A stretch of 64,000 nt of DNA from a virus. The DNA lies in IMG/VR virus record IMGVR_UViG_3300002494_000005, positions 3,482 through 67,481 of that record; one strand, written 5' to 3'. The notes beneath the pieces were generated by a model. That model was given only the letters and a program-made list of their open reading frames with translations, did not search any database and was not told the DNA's origin. Within the stretch, counting starts at the first letter, position 1. Each line of letters starts with the position of its first letter. A program made the position numbers and the translations under genes. Positions 37,495 through 46,497 of the stretch are shown here, in pieces.

Positions 37495-39480
37495 TTACCG
37501 TACCGGACAAGCGCCGGTAGCGCAAGAAGGGTCAAGGTCATCGTCCATGATTCCACCAAGTTCGTCGTAGAAGGCGATGTTTTCATCAAGAAGAGAAAAG
37601 TCTGGAAGCTTGGCCACCAGTTCGTTGTACTGCTCTTTAGTAATGGCCTCAAAGGGCATGAGTGGGTAGGTACTGTCGTCCTTTGGCAGGAACGAGACGG
37701 CGACATAGTCGTCCCAATTTTCCAGAAGCCAGTCTACCACCTGTTCTTTCTCTTCTGGCGAGACGTAGATGGTGACGCTGGTGTTGTGCTGAGTGTAAAC
37801 AGAGTTTACCAGCCGGTACCGCTCTAGTTGTTCGATGGCGGTGTAATCGTGGGCTTTACGTTTAGCCGAGGTTTTGACGGGAAACTCAAAGACCCAAACG
37901 TCAGCGGACTCAAGAGAGTCGTAGCCCACCTCAGGTTTGGGCTCCATACCCAAGGCGCGGAGCGCCTGAGCTACCGAGTCGTGCTTGTTAATCCTAACAC
38001 GCCTGATGTAGTACGGTGAGTAAGCCGGATGAACACCGCTGGAAGTTCCGGCCAGAAGGCTAAGCGTTCCTTCAGGCTTGACAGTAGTCACCAACCTAGG
38101 CCTAGGAATGCCCAAATAGTCGGCGTACTCCCTAGCCGCCGTAACGGCTACGTCTCGCATCCAACCGAGAATGTTAGCAAGAGAATGCTCAGGTAAATTG
38201 AGCAGGTTAATGAAGTCGTCAAGACCGGTAAAGCTGACGCCGACAAGCCTGTCTTCGTCCTGCACCTTCTGCCAGTCCTGAAGCGTTTCATGAAACTGGG
38301 CAAAAGTGATTCTGACGGCGTGCCTGGCCAGCGTGCGGATGGTATTCATTAGCTTAGGCTTATTTAGCTTACCGTCCTCAACGTGGGCTGGTAGGCTAAC
38401 GGTGACCAAGTTACACACGCCTTTGTTCCGCAACAGAATTTCCGCGCATGGGTTTAGCCCACGGAAGTCCGACCTGCGCTTTTTGGCGGCTTGCTCATTG
38501 ACGAAACCCGGCTCACCATACTGCAAGATGGCGTCGAAGAAAGTAAGCAAGGTGTCTCGGTCAGGCTTCTCGGAGAACAAGACCGAGTTGTTGGACTGTG
38601 ACCTCCACGGAGCGTTTTGCCACCAGGCACCGGTCTTGGCAGCGACAAAGGCTGAGCTGTTCCAGTCGCCGAGGGCAATCTGAGCGCTACGCCGTGTACC
38701 GCCGGCCACTACCATCCTGCCGATAAGGTTAGCGATGTCCAAGGCTTTGACGTCAGTCCAGCCTTCAGAATTGTTATTGCCAAGAATTAAAGCGGCGTTG
38801 ATGAAGAAGTCCTCAAGTGGACCAGGACCAGAAGCGAAGCCGCCAAAACGCTTGAGAGGACTACCTAGTGGCCTGACAGAGTTCATGTTGATGTGCAAGA
38901 GCTCAAGGTTACGGTTTCCAAGAAGGTTTAAGAACAGCTGCACCGCCTCTGCCCAGCCTTCCCTGGAATCTCCCACCACCAAAGTAGCTTCCCTACCGTT
39001 ACGCTTGACGAAGCTATGTTCGGTGTAAAGCGGGTGCGTAAACCCATAAAACTCGTATGGGTAGACGTGAAGCTTGGGAACTCTGCGGATGGGAAGGTTG
39101 GTGTTAAGGGCTTCCACATTATCCTTGGTAACTCGGAATCCTACTCCGGCCCCGGACATGAGCAAGATGACCAAGTCGTAGAAGTCTTTGCCTGTCCTCA
39201 AGTCGGTGAAAGCGCAGTTGTAGTTTGCTTGACCGTTATGGGTTATAAAGTCGGTACCACCAGCCCACAGAGTCCTACCGGCTACAAAGCCCCGCAGTTC
39301 CATGAGCGTGTTACGCAAGGACTCGGCTTCGCCGGGCTCAGTAGGAGCTAGGCTGGTGGAGTAGCGGACAACACGGTCCACAACTTCTGGCCAATTCTCC
39401 CTGGTACCGTCTAGTTTCTTGCGGCTGTAAGTCCTGTAGAACACAACCTTACCGAGCGGATTGTTCTTGAACGCGTCCAT
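37495..39480 (-). CDS. nrdJ: Class II (B12-dependent) ribonucleotide reductase
   Basis: YNCAF, NPCAEI, TTVKPEGT, C-terminal CATGACP; no NrdB/NrdG partner. Confidence 0.9.
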   Translation of the reverse strand: MDAFKNNPLGKVVFYRTYSRKKLDGTRENWPEVVDRVVRYSTSLAPTEPGEAESLRNTLMELRGFVAGRTLWAGGTDFITHNGQANYNCAFTDLRTGKDFYDLVILLMSGAGVGFRVTKDNVEALNTNLPIRRVPKLHVYPYEFYGFTHPLYTEHSFVKRNGREATLVVGDSREGWAEAVQLFLNLLGNRNLELLHINMNSVRPLGSPLKRFGGFASGPGPLEDFFINAALILGNNNSEGWTDVKALDIANLIGRMVVAGGTRRSAQIALGDWNSSAFVAAKTGAWWQNAPWRSQSNNSVLFSEKPDRDTLLTFFDAILQYGEPGFVNEQAAKKRRSDFRGLNPCAEILLRNKGVCNLVTVSLPAHVEDGKLNKPKLMNTIRTLARHAVRITFAQFHETLQDWQKVQDEDRLVGVSFTGLDDFINLLNLPEHSLANILGWMRDVAVTAAREYADYLGIPRPRLVTTVKPEGTLSLLAGTSSGVHPAYSPYYIRRVRINKHDSVAQALRALGMEPKPEVGYDSLESADVWVFEFPVKTSAKRKAHDYTAIEQLERYRLVNSVYTQHNTSVTIYVSPEEKEQVVDWLLENWDDYVAVSFLPKDDSTYPLMPFEAITKEQYNELVAKLPDFSLLDENIAFYDELGGIMDDDLDPSCATGACPVR

Positions 39481-39491
39481 GCACACCTCCG

Positions 39492-39524
39492 AAACAAAAA
39501 ACGCCTAGGAGTTAGTCCCCTAGG
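39492..39524 (-). terminator. Terminator between thyX and nrdJ
   Basis: Minus strand GCCTAGG...CCTAGGC-GTTTTTTGTTT. Confidence 0.55.
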
Positions 39525-39583
39525 CAACCAGTTAGACAGGGTGGTGGGCCACTTAAGCTAGCGGCCCACACACCGGACAAGTG

Positions 39584-40336
39584 TCAGCCTTTTTGCGCGT
39601 ATAGTTCCTCCCACACAGCTATCGTCACCGGTATTAAAGGCCGGATGAGGTTAAGTATTGCTATAGCGTATTGCCTAATCTCCCACTGAGCGTGAGAGTC
39701 TAGGCGTAGCTTCAGGAAGTGCAGGAGGTTCCTCAGGTCCTGCTTCCAGTAGAACTGGGTGTACACGCTGATGGGCAGGACCATCCTGGCCATTTCTCTG
39801 GCTACACCAGCGTCTAGCAAAGCCTGATACGCCTTGTAAGCGTACTCCAAGGCTTCAGTGTAAGCGTCTGTAGCGTAAGCGTTAGTGAGCGGGTCTAATT
39901 GCCCGATACTACCCTGCTTGTTTTCGGTGTCCTGTAGTCTCCAAACCTCGGGCACGTAGAACTCATCTTCAATTACCGAATACCGGCCAGAAATTTCGTT
40001 TACATTGCCAGTGCGGTGACGAAACCACTGCCTGGCTACAAATATTGGAGCTTTCACGTGGAACTTGAATTCCACCATCTCGAACGGTGACCAGTGTTCG
40101 TGCTGTAGTAAGTAGCGGATGAGTTTTTCATCATCGCGTACCGTCTTAGTACCTTTCCCGTAGGACACTCTAGCCGCGCGCACTATCTGCGTGTCTAGAG
40201 TCATGCCTTCGGGAATAATCCTGGCATTGACCGCCATATGGTCGTCGTAACCGTATGGCGAGGTGTCTATTAGGTCAACGCCATAGCCTACTAGGCGTAC
40301 AAAGCCCCTGTCAAGAACAGGAATCTCTTCCATCAC
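39584..40336 (-). CDS. thyX: FAD-dependent thymidylate synthase
   Basis: HWSPFE, RQWFRHR, NEISGRY, AQWEIR. Confidence 0.95.
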   Translation of the reverse strand: MMEEIPVLDRGFVRLVGYGVDLIDTSPYGYDDHMAVNARIIPEGMTLDTQIVRAARVSYGKGTKTVRDDEKLIRYLLQHEHWSPFEMVEFKFHVKAPIFVARQWFRHRTGNVNEISGRYSVIEDEFYVPEVWRLQDTENKQGSIGQLDPLTNAYATDAYTEALEYAYKAYQALLDAGVAREMARMVLPISVYTQFYWKQDLRNLLHFLKLRLDSHAQWEIRQYAIAILNLIRPLIPVTIAVWEELYAQKG

Positions 40337-40572
40337 TTTTTCTTCCCCCTTATCTTAGCGTCTATTCTCCTGGCAGCTTCAGCCAGCTCCGGATTGGATT
40401 CGACTACCCAATCCGAGTCCCAGTCGACATACACGTTGCAGGCCTCACACTTATACAAGGCCCAATAGCGGGGGTGATAGATTAATTTCATCTCACCCCC
40501 GCATTGGGGACACGGGACGGTCTGGACTAAGTACTTAAAGCTCATGAGTAAGCGAACATGATGGCGTGCCAA
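40333..40572 (-). CDS. Small Zn-ribbon protein
   Basis: CPQC...CEAC. Confidence 0.6.
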   Translation of the reverse strand: MARHHVRLLMSFKYLVQTVPCPQCGGEMKLIYHPRYWALYKCEACNVYVDWDSDWVVESNPELAEAARRIDAKIRGKKK

Positions 40573-41081
40573 AGCGCCCTTACACGACTTCTTAAAGCCT
40601 CCACGTCACCATCATTGACCAGCGTGGCGTGTACCAACCCTCGCTCCTTAAGACGCGCTAGGTTCTCAGCTTCACGCGGCTCCGCCGCTTCTACACCGGG
40701 TCTATACACCTCCACAATCACTCCACCGGACTTTACCCACCATTCAGCCTCCTTGAGGTCAAAGACACGGGTATTGACCAGAAATGGTTCTGGCTCACAC
40801 AAGGCCTTAAAGGCCTCTAGAAACTCGTCGTAGTGTTCGTATCCATGGCTGACCAAGAAAGGGCGAATGCGCTCTTTCTCGGAACGGTCGGTGGTGAAAG
40901 CGCTTATGCCTAGGTTCTCACGCAAGTACTGGTCTGCGGAGCGCTTGATTAAGTCTCCCATGCTGACCAGTTTCAGCCTAGGCTCTAATTCTTGAAGCGT
41001 GCTTGCTACAAGATTCTTACCGCTTTCGGCGTAACCAGTTAAGCCAACCCAGACTCGCATAGTAATTTCAGGCTTGCACAA
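40542..41081 (-). CDS. Deoxynucleoside monophosphate kinase
   Basis: P-loop GLTGYAESGK, E..W..GGVIVEV.R, LVNDG. Confidence 0.75.
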   Translation of the reverse strand: MCKPEITMRVWVGLTGYAESGKNLVASTLQELEPRLKLVSMGDLIKRSADQYLRENLGISAFTTDRSEKERIRPFLVSHGYEHYDEFLEAFKALCEPEPFLVNTRVFDLKEAEWWVKSGGVIVEVYRPGVEAAEPREAENLARLKERGLVHATLVNDGDVEALRSRVRALWHAIMFAYS

Positions 41082-41439
41082 GCGAAGTAAAGCTGTCAGT
41101 AAACAACGAAGACTCGCTAATCAAGTCGTACTTACCGTTGGCGTACTTAAGCACGGCGTACCTCTGACTAGGCCCCATAGGAGCGTACATGCCAACTAGA
41201 AGGGCAGCGCGTTTGACCAAGTCCACCGGCAGCCCATTCTTCTCCGCCGACTTTTCTATCGGTACATTGTCTAAGACGTCACGCATCACATTGGTAAACC
41301 CACGGACAAAGTCTGTTAGTTCTTCGTAGCTAGAAAACACAGCTAACACGGTTCCGTACACAGACGGGTAAACCGTGTTTTCGCTAGTTTCCTTGACCAT
41401 TTGAGGGTAACCTAGCATCAGCATGTAAACGTCAGACAT
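41068..41439 (-). CDS. Hypothetical protein
   Basis: GGAGG RBS, operon context. Confidence 0.7.
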   Translation of the reverse strand: MSDVYMLMLGYPQMVKETSENTVYPSVYGTVLAVFSSYEELTDFVRGFTNVMRDVLDNVPIEKSAEKNGLPVDLVKRAALLVGMYAPMGPSQRYAVLKYANGKYDLISESSLFTDSFTSLVQA

Positions 41440-41448
41440 AGCACCTCC

Positions 41449-41748
41449 TCACTTGACTCGTGTCTCGCCTAAGAGGCGAAACTTGCCGTAGTCGTCTGGA
41501 CCATACACCGACACGTACAAGCCACCGTCTTTGACGCTTAGGGTGCAGGTAAAGTCGTAAACGGAACCCCAGCCATAGTGAATGATGGCTTGAGCGCAAG
41601 CGGTGACCAAGTCGTGGTCCATGTACACCACTGGCCGTATAGCCAGCTGACTAGACTGCGCGGTCTTCTTGTCGTTCAGACAGAAGTACGTCCACAGCGC
41701 GTTTGCGAACACCATGAGCCCTAAAAGCAACAACCAGCGGTTTGCCAT
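41449..41748 (-). CDS. Hypothetical protein with N-terminal TM/signal
   Basis: Hydrophobic N-terminus; RBS. Confidence 0.6.
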   Translation of the reverse strand: MANRWLLLLGLMVFANALWTYFCLNDKKTAQSSQLAIRPVVYMDHDLVTACAQAIIHYGWGSVYDFTCTLSVKDGGLYVSVYGPDDYGKFRLLGETRVK

Positions 41749-42328
41749 TGAGTCTCCTCTCCTTCTTGAAGCAAAGCATGCACCTGTCGCAGGTCACATC
41801 AGGATTGGTCTGGTTAGGGCAAACGAGAACGCTGACCTGGTCGTGTTCAACACGTTTTGGGAAACCTGATGGCACTACCACGACGGTAGGCCACCCATTA
41901 GCCAACGCGCGGAGCGCGTCTTCCAACGACTCGGTAGAAGCGTTGATGGTCAAGTTAGGCAAAGAGTTAAGCAAAGAAGAGTCTAGTCTCCTCCACCCGT
42001 GGGTGTAACTCCAACCTTTTAGGTCTTTTCGGTTGGAGTGTACTTCTAGTATACCAGAAATGGTACTCCAGTCAGGTTGGTCATTAGCAAATAAGTCTCC
42101 AGACACCATGTAACGAATTTTAGAGCCCGGAGGCAACCGCAAAAGCTTGTCTTTCCAATTGTCAGGCGCGGTAGCGCTCCTAGACGAGTGCATAGCTACA
42201 GGACCATGCTGAGCGTAGCAACCGTTATTGAGTAATGGACACTCACTAGGGCAAGCGTCTCCAACAGGACGGTAGGTGCGATACGCGTTTCCAAGCTTTG
42301 GGTGAAAGTCGTTTTTGGCTACCAGCAT
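41651..42328 (-). CDS. Cys-rich putative Fe-S protein (gp88-like phage family)
   Basis: CPSECP..GCYA, RYMVSGD, WSYTH, CP..TCDRCMLC, FRAHG. Confidence 0.6.
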   Translation of the reverse strand: MLVAKNDFHPKLGNAYRTYRPVGDACPSECPLLNNGCYAQHGPVAMHSSRSATAPDNWKDKLLRLPPGSKIRYMVSGDLFANDQPDWSTISGILEVHSNRKDLKGWSYTHGWRRLDSSLLNSLPNLTINASTESLEDALRALANGWPTVVVVPSGFPKRVEHDQVSVLVCPNQTNPDVTCDRCMLCFKKERRLNGKPLVVAFRAHGVRKRAVDVLLSERQEDRAV

Positions 42329-42343
42329 GCTAGCCTCCTTTGA

Positions 42344-42380
42344 GAAAAGAAAAACCCCCAACCAAGATGGTTGGGGGTTT
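42344..42380 (-). terminator. Intrinsic terminator
   Basis: Minus strand AAACCCCCAACCA-TCT-TGGTTGGGGGTTT-TTCTTTT. Confidence 0.75.
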
Positions 42381-42391
42381 GGTATGTTCTC

Positions 42392-42682
42392 TTACTTGAA
42401 CAAGTCCATGCGGTCGTCGCCGACTATCTGCAAGAACAGGTAAGCCTGTTTGCCTTCAAGCCTGACTGTGTGGGTGGAATACTCCACCAAGACCAGCTTA
42501 GCCGGCTGTGTCACCACCTGGTAGGTGTGCCACGTCAGCGGATTTAGTCCTCCCCACTGTGTGTAGATAGGCCTAGGTGGGCGAGGGTACTTACCACCGC
42601 TAGTCTTGGTATGGGTATCCTCAGACAAGCCAGACAAACCAGTGATTTGCGTGTAGTCGATATCCTCAATGTACTTAGCCAT
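42392..42682 (-). CDS. Hypothetical protein
   Basis: GGAGG RBS; overlaps the end of dcd. Confidence 0.65.
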   Translation of the reverse strand: MAKYIEDIDYTQITGLSGLSEDTHTKTSGGKYPRPPRPIYTQWGGLNPLTWHTYQVVTQPAKLVLVEYSTHTVRLEGKQAYLFLQIVGDDRMDLFK

Positions 42683-43241
42683 GATTCGTCCTCCTATCAG
42701 TGTAAGACTTGGTAGGGCCTAACTGACCTTGGTAGTGACTATCTGTGTGTCCGTATGGTCGTTCTGGTACCTCCGCTCTGAAGAAGATGAGTTGCGCAAA
42801 GCGCATTCCGGCCGTTAGCCGGACAGGGTGATGTGCATACACCTCAAACACGGCTTGACCCTCAAAACCGGGGTCAAACCAGCCCGCCAAAGCGTGGTCA
42901 AAACCTTCACGTCCTCTAGACGACTTAAGCGTCAGCAGGGCAGCCGTGTCTTCAGGTATGACCACATACTCTCGGCTATGAAGCAGAGCCATCTGTCCGG
43001 GAAGAAGCCAGTATCCGTTGGTGATGTCCACCAACCTTTCCCGCTTACTCCAACGCTTAGCCGCCTCATCTCCGAGGAGAAGTCGTGTCATTAGCCACGG
43101 CGCTCGGTAATGCCAAGGCCAATCAAATACGATAGCTTGCTCGCCAAGGGTCAGGTCAACGCTGGCCGGGTTTACCTTCGCGTTTTCAGCCAGCTTGAAC
43201 TGACTCAGAATGTTTTTCAGGCTTCTGTCGTTCAGTACCAT
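42675..43241 (-). CDS. dcd: dCTP deaminase (trimeric dUTPase superfamily)
   Basis: NPASVDLTL, KSSRGREG, AGWFDPGFEG, FAQLIF, YQGQ. Confidence 0.85.
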   Translation of the reverse strand: MVLNDRSLKNILSQFKLAENAKVNPASVDLTLGEQAIVFDWPWHYRAPWLMTRLLLGDEAAKRWSKRERLVDITNGYWLLPGQMALLHSREYVVIPEDTAALLTLKSSRGREGFDHALAGWFDPGFEGQAVFEVYAHHPVRLTAGMRFAQLIFFRAEVPERPYGHTDSHYQGQLGPTKSYTDRRTNHG

Positions 43242-43695
43242 AACTCACCTTGCGGAATGGTAAGCTATCACGTGAGATTAGGTAAAAGTACGCTTGGACA
43301 TCGTGCACCGTCGTAGTCTTTACCGGTAACTGATTCTCTTGCACCATAAGCCTGACTTCGGCTGTTGGTAGTAAGTAAGCTTCTCGGAAGGCTGAGAGTA
43401 TGTACAGTACGTAGTCGGCTTTGGTCCGGTACAACCATCCAGGAACTACCTGCCCACTGGCGTAGACCAGCTTAGTCTCCAAGACCAGATTGCCTGTGCC
43501 GTAGGTGTCGTACTTGACTTCTACCAGGTAACGTTTATCGCCCAAAACAAGAAAGTCAGCATGCAACCATCGCTGGTCTTCTCGCTCTATGGGTATGATG
43601 TGACTATCGGGAAACAGCCGTGGTAGCAATAACTTTTCAGCTAGTCGTTCTCCACGGTCACCTAACTTTAGCGCTTCTGGCCACACTCTGCTCAT
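43186..43695 (-). CDS. PD-(D/E)xK nuclease-like protein
   Basis: G..GE, ADF..VEVKYD..TGNL.LE, PGWL..TKADY. Confidence 0.65.
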   Translation of the reverse strand: MSRVWPEALKLGDRGERLAEKLLLPRLFPDSHIIPIEREDQRWLHADFLVLGDKRYLVEVKYDTYGTGNLVLETKLVYASGQVVPGWLYRTKADYVLYILSAFREAYLLPTAEVRLMVQENQLPVKTTTVHDVQAYFYLISRDSLPFRKVSYGTERQKPEKHSESVQAG

Positions 43696-43764
43696 GTCAC
43701 CTCCTATCGTAAGACTAAGGCGGTACCGGCTTCAGTACCGCCAAACTAGAGTTTACTTGAATTT

Positions 43765-43775
43765 AGTATAACACA
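43765..43775 (-). promoter_or_regulatory. Extended -10 promoter
   Basis: Minus strand TGTGTTATACT in the intergenic gap upstream of the nucleotide-metabolism genes. Confidence 0.6.
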
Positions 43776-43780
43776 AACAA

Positions 43781-44332
43781 CTATGTGTTTAGTTTCTTTA
43801 GCAAGCGCAACTCGTAGTCGAAGACGCTAGTAGTCCGCCTTTGACCGGCGGGGTCAAAGAAGTAGAAGACGCCGGGTTCTAACTCCATCAGTTCATCGTG
43901 GTCATAGTAACGGTATAGTCTTGTAAGTACGTCTGGTAACTCCTTTCCATCGTGTAACGCTCGGAAGAAGTTAAATTTAGTCAGTCTCTCTCCAGGTAAC
44001 ACTTCAAGCAGGTGTATCAGGTTGTTGTCCCCCTGCCAAGCCGGTACCGTCATCACTACCCTCTCGTAGACAACTCCGACTTGCTCGTCGTACTCGCGTT
44101 CCTTTAACGACACAAAACAACGAAGGTGACGTTTACCGCGGGCAATGTAGTGGACTTCGGTAAACCTTGACGGTACCATATGGCCCCAATAGCTGAATAT
44201 GGTAGGCAGTTCACCGCGCTTGTAAGCGTCCTCGTCGTAGAGTTTGAAGTCCGAAAACCATTCAGCTGTGTCGCTCACAGACCACGCTGTCAGGTCTATG
44301 TACCCTTCCACAATGGACAGGTCGTCACGCAT
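43781..44332 (-). CDS. Hypothetical protein
   Basis: 183-aa ORF in the operon. Confidence 0.65.
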   Translation of the reverse strand: MRDDLSIVEGYIDLTAWSVSDTAEWFSDFKLYDEDAYKRGELPTIFSYWGHMVPSRFTEVHYIARGKRHLRCFVSLKEREYDEQVGVVYERVVMTVPAWQGDNNLIHLLEVLPGERLTKFNFFRALHDGKELPDVLTRLYRYYDHDELMELEPGVFYFFDPAGQRRTTSVFDYELRLLKKLNT

Positions 44333-45246
44333 AGTCCTAACTCCCGCACCTCCCTACAACTGAACTTATGCTCGTTGCGGTAGACGGCGTTTACGGTCGA
44401 CCTAGCGGCTTTGACACGTCCTCTCTCGGAGGTCCGCGTGTTGGCGTTGTGTAAAAGGGCGTACTCTTCCAGCATGTCTGTGGCTTCTTCAAGACTCACA
44501 CCTCTCGCACGGTAGTAACTTGCCAGGATGTGGTACACTTGATTCCTGGTACCTGGAGTCGGTATACCGTCTATGTACAAAGTCTGCACACATGGAGGCA
44601 GGATTTTAGTCAGGTTAATCCAGCGATGGTCATCGGTGTCGTGGTCCATAGCCGACTCCCTGCCTTGGTTTACCGCTACAGACTTTATGGCTTCTGCCAG
44701 TCTGGTAGCGTCACCGGCATTGTACTCTGACTCTGCGCGAGGGTCAAGGTAGTCGTCTAGCTGGTCCAGCGAGATTAGACGCTTACGCCTACCGGTTTTC
44801 CAGTTGACTGTACCCGGTACTCGAATCAAGGCGCGGTAGCGGAAGGTAGCCGGGTCGTATGGTATGCCCAACGACTTGGTAAAGGCTTCGTAGTGTTGCC
44901 TCCAATCACCGGGAGGCAAGTTAAGATTGGAGGCCGGCACCACGATGTGAAAGCCCTTGCTACCGGAGTAGTAAAGCAAGGGACGTTCGGCGTATCGGCT
45001 AATGGCTAGATACGCTTCCCTGACCGTCTCCAGGGGCACACCATCCAGGTCTATGACGAAGTCGCTTTCCACCACCTTTTTGTCGCGAGTATACCTGGAC
45101 ACGGACACAAAAGCGTTGCCCGGAAACGATAGGGTACTGTCTAGCGTGGTCCAATAGCGGAGGCGTACGCCCCCACGGAAGTGAGAGCATACGCCTACCG
45201 CTTCACCGCAGACAGGACACAGGTCTTCAGGTTCCAGCAGGAACAT
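44296..45246 (-). CDS. Archaeo-eukaryotic primase (AEP) with PriCT-like C-terminus
   Basis: IDLD, YSGSKGFH, IRVPGTVNWKTG, PPC..GTRN, terminal Cys cluster. Confidence 0.8.
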   Translation of the reverse strand: MFLLEPEDLCPVCGEAVGVCSHFRGGVRLRYWTTLDSTLSFPGNAFVSVSRYTRDKKVVESDFVIDLDGVPLETVREAYLAISRYAERPLLYYSGSKGFHIVVPASNLNLPPGDWRQHYEAFTKSLGIPYDPATFRYRALIRVPGTVNWKTGRRKRLISLDQLDDYLDPRAESEYNAGDATRLAEAIKSVAVNQGRESAMDHDTDDHRWINLTKILPPCVQTLYIDGIPTPGTRNQVYHILASYYRARGVSLEEATDMLEEYALLHNANTRTSERGRVKAARSTVNAVYRNEHKFSCREVRELGLCVTTCPLWKGT

Positions 45247-45685
45247 CCGTTCCTGCAGAAGTGAGCTCCGCGGAGAAGGTTTCACGAGCCACCGTCAACA
45301 CCGCCGCGCCAATGGCTACGACAGCGTTCCCGTCTTGTAACAGCTCGGGCTTGTAACCCGCCGCTCCGGCCACGAATCCAATGGCAAAGATGGTAGCGGC
45401 GAGGTTCCTCAAGATGTCCTCGCTTACCGCGTCTTTGGTCAGCTGTACGCGGATGTCAGTCCACTGCTTGATGTACGCCTCCAAGGCGGGGTCAAGCTTC
45501 TCGCGGATATTACCGAACAACAGCTCGTTGTCGCTGACGCCGAGCAATGCTATCCGCTGAATCAAGTCGCTTACCGTCAGTCTTTCTTCACCAGTATCCA
45601 TCCCACTCTGTTCATTCGTATTGCCAGCACTGGATTCTTGCGTATCAGCGTCAGAAACCACGTCGTGTCGAAGCTTCTCGTCCAC
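45227..45685 (-). CDS. Hypothetical protein; start uncertain
   Basis: Fills the gap between Hjc and primase. Confidence 0.55.
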   Translation of the reverse strand: MDEKLRHDVVSDADTQESSAGNTNEQSGMDTGEERLTVSDLIQRIALLGVSDNELLFGNIREKLDPALEAYIKQWTDIRVQLTKDAVSEDILRNLAATIFAIGFVAGAAGYKPELLQDGNAVVAIGAAVLTVARETFSAELTSAGTDVPAGT

Positions 45686-46005
45686 GTATCCACCTCCAAT
45701 CGTAAAAGCAGTCTTAAGTCGCTACCCGGCATCACCAAGAGCCGGTTACCTTCCGAGTCCTCTATGCCGATAGGAGCCTGTAACTCCCTTAACCAGCAAG
45801 GGTAGTTAGAGCGGTACTTGACCTCAATGGTGAGGTTTAGCTCCGGGACATAGACATCACCCTCAAGGGCTTGTTGAGTATTGCCCTTGAGGATGGTGCC
45901 TATAGCCCCGGAGCCATACACTCGTTCCGCCTTAAACCCTTGCTGACGTAGGAGTTTGACCAGCTCCCTCTCGTATCGCTTACCCGTGTTCTTAGGGTTA
46001 GGCAT
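45577..46005 (-). CDS. Archaeal-type Holliday junction resolvase (Hjc-like)
   Basis: GKRYERELVKLL..GF..RVYGSG..D..IEVK. Confidence 0.8.
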   Translation of the reverse strand: MPNPKNTGKRYERELVKLLRQQGFKAERVYGSGAIGTILKGNTQQALEGDVYVPELNLTIEVKYRSNYPCWLRELQAPIGIEDSEGNRLLVMPGSDLRLLLRLEVDTWTRSFDTTWFLTLIRKNPVLAIRMNRVGWILVKKD

Positions 46006-46496
46006 CAGATGGGCAGGTCTTCCATTTCGTACGGCTGAGAGGAGATGGGCTTGACTTCCGTGACTACCAGGTTAGAAAAACCGTTGCGAGACTGCAAGTA
46101 GCCCCTAAAGCCTACCGTCTGACCAAGCAAGGGTTCTAAGTCGTCCCTGCTGGTAATCAAGACCTTGCCCTCTCCGTTGCTTAGCACAGCCTCACTGCTG
46201 TTCTTGCCGAACTTTCGCACGGCTTCCACATAACCGGTACCGGCCACGGTGGAAGTCTCGTAACCGTCCTGAGCAGCGCTAAGGCTAGTGAGCCTAAGGC
46301 TGGTGAAGAAACGATTGCTACCCGCCTTGGCGGACACGTCCACGGTGGCGATGACGTTCTTGTGCTCCAAAGAGCGAGCGCGCTCCTGAAGCCATTCACC
46401 AAACGCCGCCACCTGGTGTCCGGCAATTTCCAGCACCAGAGCCTTACCAGCCTGCTTGACCACTGCCAACTTACCGATAATCACACCAGCAGCCAT
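46005..46496 (-). CDS. ssb: Single-stranded DNA-binding protein
   Basis: OB-fold-like strands; acidic EMEDLPI tail. Confidence 0.65.
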   Translation of the reverse strand: MAAGVIIGKLAVVKQAGKALVLEIAGHQVAAFGEWLQERARSLEHKNVIATVDVSAKAGSNRFFTSLRLTSLSAAQDGYETSTVAGTGYVEAVRKFGKNSSEAVLSNGEGKVLITSRDDLEPLLGQTVGFRGYLQSRNGFSNLVVTEVKPISSQPYEMEDLPI

Positions 46497-46497
46497 G

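Noticed and set aside
34653-39480. Inteins or introns in pol and nrdJ
   Set aside because: Normal lengths, contiguous motifs, and no splice-junction or homing motifs
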